Shown piece by piece: positions 32,483 through 38,653 of a DNA stretch of 38,653 nucleotides (position 1 is its first letter; each line of letters opens with the position of its first letter). Below the pieces are notes generated by a model. The model saw nothing but the letters and a program-made list of their open reading frames with translations. It did no database searches and was not told the origin of the DNA. The translations under genes and the position numbers were made by a program. The stretch is from the IMG/VR virus record IMGVR_UViG_3300012664_000446, positions 1 through 38,653 of that record; one strand, written 5' to 3'. The stretch comes from a virus. Its lineage: Duplodnaviria; Caudoviricetes.

Positions 32483-33868
32483 TTATTTTGTAATATATTG
32501 CGAAATTCGATATTTTACTGCATCCATTAAACTACTCTGCACCGCATCCTTGCGTTTTTGGGCTTGTATCACGTCCTCGTCCATCGTTCCAACAACAACC
32601 AGCTTGTTAATAATTACGTTGTTCTTCTGCCCTGGGCGTTTAAGCCGTCGGTTCAACTGCTGTTCCAGCTCCAAATCCCACGTGTTGCCATACCATACAA
32701 TAATGTGCCCGCCTGCTTGCAAGTTCAAACCATGCCCGCCACTCGCAGGGTGCAGTAAGAACATGGATAGCTTGCCCTCGTTCCAATCACGTATGTCTTG
32801 GTCGCACGTGAGCTTACGAGGCTTGTACTTCTTGAATCGCTCCATTATTCGGGCTAAATCTGATTTGAACGTGTACGCCACCAAAACAGGGTTGCCCTGC
32901 GCTTGCTCCATTATGTCCTCCAAGGTTTCCAGCTTCAAGTCGTGGACGTCGTGGAACTCTCCCTCTCCATCGTAAACCGCCCCGTTGGCATACTGTAACA
33001 ACTTCGTATTAAGAGCTGCAGCGTTCGCCGCCGTTATTTGAGTGTCGTCTTCGTTGAATAGCTCCAATACCTTCTCACGTTCAAACTCTTTGTACTCGCG
33101 CTCCACGTCCTCAGGCATGTAGATTTTAACGATGTTCTCGATACATTCAGGCAAATCTATATAATCCTCTTGCTTCATTGAAACGACAATATCCGAAACC
33201 GCCTCCGTTATTTTAGTTCTCGATTCCTCGGTGCATCCGTACTGATAAACGATATGTCCGTTCTGTTTGGCTGGATAGAAAAACGCCTCGCGATACGCCG
33301 TTATGGTTTTACCTAGTCGCGCTCCGCGATCAAGTAAATATATCTGAGGCCACAAATCAATCATTCCTTTTGGGCTTGGTGTTCCTGTCAGAATTACCAC
33401 GCGAGAGAACGAGGGCTGAACCAGCCTAAGAGCCTTGAAGCGTTGAGACGATGCGTTTTTAAACGACGAACTTTCATCCACTACCAGCATGTCGAACGGT
33501 AGCGAGCTACCCCCGAATAAGCCACAGAGCCACGCGATATTATCGCGAGAAACCAAATACACGTCCGCATCTTTTTTAAGTGCCTCAGCGCGTTTTTTGG
33601 CGTTGCCCGCGATAAGGGAGAAACGTAAGTGCGTGAGGTGTTCCCACTCCTGCGCCTCTTGGATCCAAACGCTTTCCGCTACTCGCTTGGGTGCGATTAC
33701 TAGCACCTTTCTTAGTTCAAGGTCTTCGTAGATTAAACGGTTTGCCGCTGTTAGAACTGTGGCTGTTTTGCCTAGCCCCATGTCAAGCAGTAAACCGTAG
33801 TGCGGGTTGTTGAGTATTAAATCAACGCCCGCCCGTTGGTGCTGGTAAAGGTCTTTCTCCTGTCTCAT
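32483..33868 (-). CDS. SNF2-family (SF2) helicase
   Basis: DMGLGKT, VVDESS, LTGTP, GHGLNLQ, R..RPGQ. Confidence 0.93.
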   Translation of the reverse strand: MRQEKDLYQHQRAGVDLILNNPHYGLLLDMGLGKTATVLTAANRLIYEDLELRKVLVIAPKRVAESVWIQEAQEWEHLTHLRFSLIAGNAKKRAEALKKDADVYLVSRDNIAWLCGLFGGSSLPFDMLVVDESSSFKNASSQRFKALRLVQPSFSRVVILTGTPSPKGMIDLWPQIYLLDRGARLGKTITAYREAFFYPAKQNGHIVYQYGCTEESRTKITEAVSDIVVSMKQEDYIDLPECIENIVKIYMPEDVEREYKEFEREKVLELFNEDDTQITAANAAALNTKLLQYANGAVYDGEGEFHDVHDLKLETLEDIMEQAQGNPVLVAYTFKSDLARIMERFKKYKPRKLTCDQDIRDWNEGKLSMFLLHPASGGHGLNLQAGGHIIVWYGNTWDLELEQQLNRRLKRPGQKNNVIINKLVVVGTMDEDVIQAQKRKDAVQSSLMDAVKYRISQYITK

Positions 33869-34157
33869 TTATTAGATCACTGATTAACCGGTTAACTTGT
33901 TCTTTTGTGTCAATTACTCGCGTCTCAAAGCCGTGCTTGTTTAGTTCCTTCATGAACGCTACTTGTAATTTGGCGGGTTTCTCTCCCTCTTTTTTCAGTT
34001 CAACAAAAATTGTCCTGCCCTTATACAGTACTTGCCTGTCAGGTATTCCATTTCCAAAGGTCGGAACCATCTTAACGGCTTTGCCTCCGATGCTCTTAAT
34101 CTTCGTAACCAAATACTTTTCGATAGAGCTCTCTTTTACATTCTTCCCTTTGTTCAT
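33822..34157 (-). CDS. VRR-NUC domain nuclease (putative resolvase)
   Basis: ESSIEKYL, GIPDR, FVELK, LQ motifs; adjacent to the SNF2 helicase. Confidence 0.88.
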   Translation of the reverse strand: MNKGKNVKESSIEKYLVTKIKSIGGKAVKMVPTFGNGIPDRQVLYKGRTIFVELKKEGEKPAKLQVAFMKELNKHGFETRVIDTKEQVNRLISDLINETGERPLPAPTGGR

Positions 34158-34464
34158 CGTCTTTAATTATTACGTCGTATGCTTTCTCGCCTGCCACAAG
34201 TCGCTCGTATTGCGCTCGGGTAAGGTTTGCTATGTGGTTTTCTTTTAGGTATTTGCTCTCGAAAACAGCCGTCCCGAACACTCTTGTTAGCTTTCCTTGG
34301 CTTACTTCTATGCCTAGCTCTTTGTGCGCTTCTGTTTCCATCTTTTTAAAAACAGAAGTCGAGCAAAGTATTATACGTTCTTCAGGTACGGGCATCGCGT
34401 TAAGCACGCTTACCATAGTGTGCATTCGCTCGTATATCCTATTTATTTCGGTGCTCTCTTTCAT
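34096..34464 (-). CDS. Hypothetical protein
   Basis: Start set at MKESTEINR; fits operon packing. Confidence 0.6.
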   Translation of the reverse strand: MKESTEINRIYERMHTMVSVLNAMPVPEERIILCSTSVFKKMETEAHKELGIEVSQGKLTRVFGTAVFESKYLKENHIANLTRAQYERLVAGEKAYDVIIKDDEQREECKRELYRKVFGYED

Positions 34465-34615
34465 GTTTCTCGATTTCAATGCGAAGTACTTTGTGCGTTT
34501 GTTCCTGCACACGTTCTCTGTCTGCTGGTGCTAGCGTGTTGTTTCTACCGCAAAAAGGCAGAACAACGAACGCCACGAACATTACTACTATCGTGGCGGC
34601 CATTAAATTGTTCAC
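34439..34615 (-). CDS. 58-aa membrane-anchored protein (absent from the ORF track)
   Basis: Manual translation MNNLMAATIVVMFVAFVVLPFCGRNNTLAPADRERVQEQTHKVLRIEIEKHEREHRNK; GTGA overlap with the upstream stop. Confidence 0.6.
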   Translation of the reverse strand: MNNLMAATIVVMFVAFVVLPFCGRNNTLAPADRERVQEQTHKVLRIEIEKHEREHRNK

Positions 34616-34887
34616 GGTTCCAGTGCTTTTAGTTCCTGCTCCAATTGCGCAATTGCGTTTTGGATGCTCTCTTTGTCAACTTTCACGTTAATGATGAGGT
34701 TCTTTGTTCCGTCTAAACGTTTGAAGCCTCGAGCCGTGTTAGGGCTGAAATAGGATAGGGCCGTACTGATGAACTCCGCAGTAACGTCCTGTGGTTTCCC
34801 TTTCCATACTCCGTCCAAAGTCTGTTTTCCTACGTACACTCTGTCCGTTCCAGCTGAGTGTCCTAGTGCTGTTTTAGTTTTTGCCAT
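34612..34887 (-). CDS. Hypothetical protein
   Basis: 91 aa; S.GTDRVYVGK...W.G..QDVT pattern. Confidence 0.7.
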   Translation of the reverse strand: MAKTKTALGHSAGTDRVYVGKQTLDGVWKGKPQDVTAEFISTALSYFSPNTARGFKRLDGTKNLIINVKVDKESIQNAIAQLEQELKALEP

Positions 34888-34891
34888 GGTT

Positions 34892-35503
34892 TTATCTCCT
34901 TTTAGTAGGTAATTTATATTGGAATAATCCCGTTGTTGGGTCGAATACTGGAATGTAATTCGCCTCTGTCTCCACTGTGATCGTGTTCGGGTCTATGTTC
35001 CCTGCAATTGGGAATCTACTATGTACGAAAACGCTTTTATATCCTAAATCCAATAGTCCTGCGTCGAACGCACGCGGAATGCCTAAAAACGGCTTATCCT
35101 GCTCCGCGGTGTCGACTGCTGAAACTCCGCCCGAAGGGTACGGGGGCATAGGTTGTTTCTCCAATACTGTTTTTAATCGGTCGATTGCTGACTGCAAGGG
35201 TGCTAGTTCTTGTTCTACGGGCTTCACTTTGAAAAATTCTAGTATCGCTCGGTAGCGTGCTAGTCCATGCTGTCCTGAGAACTTTTGACGGGAGATAACG
35301 TTCTCTTTTTTCAAGTAGAGTAGTTCAACCTCCTTTGTTTCAGGATGCCAATAAGCGACTATCTTAACGCCTTGGGTCTTTAGAATCGTTTGTTTCGCCA
35401 CGAAATACTCGTAGCCGTTCTCGTCAAAAAATACGCTATCGTTTCCAAACTCTTTGCGTTTGAATCCTAGCGCGATTACTTGCTTGTAGCTGATTTTGTT
35501 CAT
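34892..35503 (-). CDS. Hypothetical protein
   Basis: 203 aa; ATGA overlap with the primase stop. Confidence 0.7.
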   Translation of the reverse strand: MNKISYKQVIALGFKRKEFGNDSVFFDENGYEYFVAKQTILKTQGVKIVAYWHPETKEVELLYLKKENVISRQKFSGQHGLARYRAILEFFKVKPVEQELAPLQSAIDRLKTVLEKQPMPPYPSGGVSAVDTAEQDKPFLGIPRAFDAGLLDLGYKSVFVHSRFPIAGNIDPNTITVETEANYIPVFDPTTGLFQYKLPTKRR

Positions 35504-37860
35504 AGTATAGAATCATTTTTTCGTTCGTAATATCTCTGTGTGCCGTAACTCTTGAAACTCTTAGTTGACATTCTAGCCTCCCATTCAGGCAGTGCCTTAA
35601 GTACGTCGTTCAAGTCCTTGGTGTTGTAGCGCGTCATTTCTTCTTTCGCCTTGCCTAAACACTCGCACCAAATCTCTGCCACGCATACGTATTTACGCTG
35701 TACAGTCCCTTGGCTTTCACTTTCTAGGAACGTTCTACGCTCGTAAAGGTCTAAGCTGTCCCAGTTGGTTGGTAGCAACGTGTCAAGGTATCGCGTAATT
35801 AAGCCCGTGCGCTCATCGGTTTCAGAGTGCAAACTCTGCATTTCCTTCGCCATTTCCTCAACTTCTGCACTTAGGTACAGTTTCTCGCCCTGTGCTACGA
35901 GGTGCATAGCCTCTGCCCATATTTGGTCGACCTCTGTTTCCAAATCGTCGAATACGGATTTCTTTACATTATCGCGCACCACGTCAATCGGTAAAAAGCG
36001 TCTGTTCCCTGAGGGGTCGCGTAAAAATTCACGGTTGTTGGTCGTTCCTGCAAATACGCACTGTCTTGGGTATGTCTCAGTAGTTCGGGCGTAAGCTGGT
36101 CGGAACATATCTTGTTGCTTTGTGATGAAATGTTTCACCGCTTCAATGTCCGCTTTGCGAAGTCCTGCAAGTTCTGCCATTTCAATGATCCATGCACCTT
36201 GAATCTGTTCTAGTGCCTCTTTGCCGTGAACAGTCATAAACGTATCGGAAAACCAGCTTTTACCCAAGATGTTAAAGAACGTTGATTTCGACGAGCCTTG
36301 TTCAACATCGACCAAAACTAGCACCAAATCGAACTTACAACCTGGGCGGAAAATTCTACTTACTGCACCCGCTAACCACTTACGCATTACTTGGCGTGTG
36401 TAGAGCGTATTTTCTGCTCCGAAGTAATCAACCAATAAGGTCTCAACTCGTGGCACTCCATCCCAAACTAAGCCTTTCAAATACTCGCGGATAGGATGCC
36501 ACGAGTTACGTTCTGCCTCTAAGGTTAGTGAATCCTCGATTTTAGCCTGTGAGCTTATGCCGTAGATACATTCAACGTAGTTGCGTATACCTGAATAGTC
36601 AACGTTTTTAATCGGTTCGGGGCTTGTAACTTTTCGCCACGGAACGGATTTACAAATATATCTCTTTGAGTCAAACTCGTTGTGTCGTACTGAGTCTTTC
36701 AAATATTTGTCATTCTGTAGAATCGCGTTGATGTTTCCAGCTGAGGATAGATACTCACCTTTGGTAGTTATTTCCAACGTACTCATCCAGTCGATGTCCT
36801 CGTCCTCTACTTCGATGTCATTGGAAAACGTTTCCTTTGCCTCTTGGAAATTCTCGCGGGCTAAAGTCTTACGCACTTCCATGTCCTCTTTAGCGAGGTC
36901 TTCCATCAAAGTGTAAGATTTCTTGCTCTTTTCGTTTTGGTCCAAATGTCCGAACCGGTGCAAGCGTACCAAATCGAAAGCATTGCATAATTTACCTCCT
37001 GCGGGGTCGGTTCCGTGGTGAGAATAGGCGAACGTATTATCGTAAATCACAAGACCGCACGACGTAGAGCCGTGTAGGTATGTGTAGCGTCCGTCGGTTG
37101 CCCCTTTGTAAACTTCTGAAAGGAACGTTTCGATAGCTGATTGGATCGTGTAGGTTCTACAAAATGCGCCCACAATCCCTTTTTTCATGAAGGGGTCTTC
37201 CTGCTTTTTAGCTGCTTCGCCAATTTCGCGCACCTTTCTATCAGCCGTAGGCCACAAACTAGTATCTTTCCAATCCTTGTATTGTGCCAAAACGTCGTCC
37301 ACGTCCAAAACATTTCCTTTCTGCTCCTCCCAATAGTACTCTACGTCCTTCGGATGCGAAGGCCAAAACATAAGGCGGTTTACTTCGAATGTCGTGTTGT
37401 CGAACATTTCTATGCCGATGTCGCCCGCTATTCTTCGACCTACTGCGATGTACTCGTCGGCAGATACGCCACGGTTCAAAGGAATAAGTAAACGATAGCG
37501 AGGTTCAGAGGCGTTGTGCTTGTGTGTGGCATGGATAAATGCAGCATAGTTGAACATCATTTTAAACAGTTCGAAGAAATCCGTTGTCGCGAAATCCACG
37601 TCCAACGTTAAAACGCTTCTCTCGACTACTGAGTCGGGGTTGCGCTTGCCGTTGCGTAAATATCCGCCAACGTAGCCTCCAACGTCCTTGATACGTCCTT
37701 GCTCCTCTTTGTTCGATGCTAGGAACTCTTTAAGCGTCTCGCGTGTTTGCGTAGACTCTTTGAGGACATCGCAGAACTCCGACCAAAGCATGTTCGTGTT
37801 CTTCCACGTTTTCGACTTGGCTGATTTTCCTACTGCTAAACTTATTTGGATGTCCTGCAT
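35500..37860 (-). CDS. Primase-helicase: AEP-like N-terminus plus VirE/VapE SF3-like ATPase
   Basis: KDVGGYVGG, LTLDVD, THKH...PRYRL, WHPIREYL..LVWDG.PR, QGSSKST, WIIEMAEL, RQCVFAGTTN, DPSGNRRF. Confidence 0.92.
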   Translation of the reverse strand: MQDIQISLAVGKSAKSKTWKNTNMLWSEFCDVLKESTQTRETLKEFLASNKEEQGRIKDVGGYVGGYLRNGKRNPDSVVERSVLTLDVDFATTDFFELFKMMFNYAAFIHATHKHNASEPRYRLLIPLNRGVSADEYIAVGRRIAGDIGIEMFDNTTFEVNRLMFWPSHPKDVEYYWEEQKGNVLDVDDVLAQYKDWKDTSLWPTADRKVREIGEAAKKQEDPFMKKGIVGAFCRTYTIQSAIETFLSEVYKGATDGRYTYLHGSTSCGLVIYDNTFAYSHHGTDPAGGKLCNAFDLVRLHRFGHLDQNEKSKKSYTLMEDLAKEDMEVRKTLARENFQEAKETFSNDIEVEDEDIDWMSTLEITTKGEYLSSAGNINAILQNDKYLKDSVRHNEFDSKRYICKSVPWRKVTSPEPIKNVDYSGIRNYVECIYGISSQAKIEDSLTLEAERNSWHPIREYLKGLVWDGVPRVETLLVDYFGAENTLYTRQVMRKWLAGAVSRIFRPGCKFDLVLVLVDVEQGSSKSTFFNILGKSWFSDTFMTVHGKEALEQIQGAWIIEMAELAGLRKADIEAVKHFITKQQDMFRPAYARTTETYPRQCVFAGTTNNREFLRDPSGNRRFLPIDVVRDNVKKSVFDDLETEVDQIWAEAMHLVAQGEKLYLSAEVEEMAKEMQSLHSETDERTGLITRYLDTLLPTNWDSLDLYERRTFLESESQGTVQRKYVCVAEIWCECLGKAKEEMTRYNTKDLNDVLKALPEWEARMSTKSFKSYGTQRYYERKNDSIL

Positions 37861-38024
37861 TTTTCTTTATACTTCTCGATTAACTGCTTAATTTCCTGTG
37901 TGCATTCCTCAACGTACTGTTTTGGAATTGCGAATTTGCGGGGCTGTGAAGGGATGTCTCCCTTCTTACGTCCTGCTCCTGGACGAAACCCGCCGCTACC
38001 TTTACCACTTCCTACTCCTCCCAT
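37842..38024 (-). CDS. Small DNA-binding protein (GGxRPGAGRK motif)
   Basis: GGFRPGAGRKK followed by a short beta-alpha segment. Confidence 0.7.
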   Translation of the reverse strand: MGGVGSGKGSGGFRPGAGRKKGDIPSQPRKFAIPKQYVEECTQEIKQLIEKYKEKCRTSK

Positions 38025-38653
38025 TTAATTAATGATTTTAATTTATCAACGCCGTATGCGTTCGTTTTCTCTAATAGCGGAAGTAACTCCGCAACTGTTA
38101 TTTCTTCTACCGTGATGCCGTTTTGTTCTTTCCAAGACTTCACGCCAATCTCACAAGCTCCTGTGATTAATCGGTAGTAGTTGTCTGTTAGAACGGTGCT
38201 TGGGTAGATAGGTTCTTTTCTTAATTTCTCCGCTGTAATTTTGAAATTCAAATCCGAGATAGCTTTCTTAAGCGTTTCGCCATGTGCTGAATAGCCATCT
38301 TTGGAAACCAAAAATGCAGTTTCAGTGATCACGTTGTTATCTTTCAAGTAAACACGTGTAAATCCTTCGCGGATGCGAATGCCTTTAGACGTTTTTTCGC
38401 TTACAACTAAAAACTGCATACCGTCGGTTCTGTCCACTTCGTAACTTTTACCGCGGAATTTAAACACGTTGTTCTCCACTTTGAGAGCTGGTGCTGTGAG
38501 CGTTGCTCCTTCGCGTACATAGATACTGCTCGATACTGACGTGAGAGCTGGTGCTGTGAGCGTTGCTCCTTCGTATACATAGATACTGCCCGATGACGTG
38601 AGAGCTGGTGCTGTGAGCGTTGCTCCTTCGCGTACATAGATACTGCTCGATAC
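38012..38653 (-). CDS. C-terminal part of the tandem-repeat protein (three 19-20 aa repeats plus a conserved phage C-terminal domain); 5' end beyond the right edge
   Basis: Frame open from 38653: VSSSIYVREGATLTAPALTSSGSIYVYEGATLTAPALTSVSSSIYVREGATLTAPALK joins VENNVFK...AHGETLKKAISDL...YRLITGACEIG. Confidence 0.88.
   Translation of the reverse strand, partial: VSSSIYVREGATLTAPALTSSGSIYVYEGATLTAPALTSVSSSIYVREGATLTAPALKVENNVFKFRGKSYEVDRTDGMQFLVVSEKTSKGIRIREGFTRVYLKDNNVITETAFLVSKDGYSAHGETLKKAISDLNFKITAEKLRKEPIYPSTVLTDNYYRLITGACEIGVKSWKEQNGITVEEITVAELLPLLEKTNAYGVDKLKSLIKWEE
38482..38653 (-). repeat. Coding tandem repeat of 57/60-bp units, about 3 copies
   Basis: Invariant core GGAGCAACGCTCACAGCACCAGCTCTC with variation in only a few codons. 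Confidence 0.95.

Noticed and set aside
38407-38637. 76-aa ORF MYAKEQRSQHQL...
   Set aside because: Alternative frame of the repeat; the frame continuous with 38012-38479 and matching the start at 137 is the credible one.
38482-38653. CRISPR-like array at the window ends
   Set aside because: The intervening segments are near-identical to each other, unit lengths are multiples of three, and the array reads as an open protein repeat; no cas operon is present.
1-38653. Stop-codon reassignment, introns or inteins
   Set aside because: Core genes are full-length and densely packed under the standard bacterial code, with no interruptions or oversize insertions.

Overview
The window is an essentially complete ~38.7 kb tailed dsDNA phage genome with siphovirus-type architecture. 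A Bacteroidota/Flavobacteriia host is inferred from repeated TAnnTTTG-type promoters and A-rich, SD-less translation starts. Both ends fall inside the same 57/60-bp coding tandem repeat, so the genome is most likely circular or circularly permuted and broken within a repeat-protein gene. The minus strand carries a replication/early module: family A DNA polymerase (Leu762 type), DUF2815 SSB, C5 methyltransferase, Nmad5-like protein, DUF2800 Cas4-like nuclease, a truncated beta-clamp-like protein, primase-VirE helicase, VRR-NUC and SNF2 helicase. A mirror-symmetric iteron region (probable origin) lies at ~8.05-8.35 kb. The plus strand carries TerS, TerL, prohead protease, HK97-like capsid, connector/tail genes, tape measure, tail-tip proteins, a DUF1566/Lcl-type receptor-binding protein and a holin/u-spanin/endolysin cassette. 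The most unusual points are a variable beta-solenoid repeat protein across the contig ends, a portal gene inverted against its operon with its own divergent promoter, a glycosyltransferase embedded among head-tail genes, and a candidate ~85-nt sRNA. I recognised no integrase, repressor, tRNA, reverse transcriptase or CRISPR array. All protein assignments come from motif recognition by eye, not from database searches.
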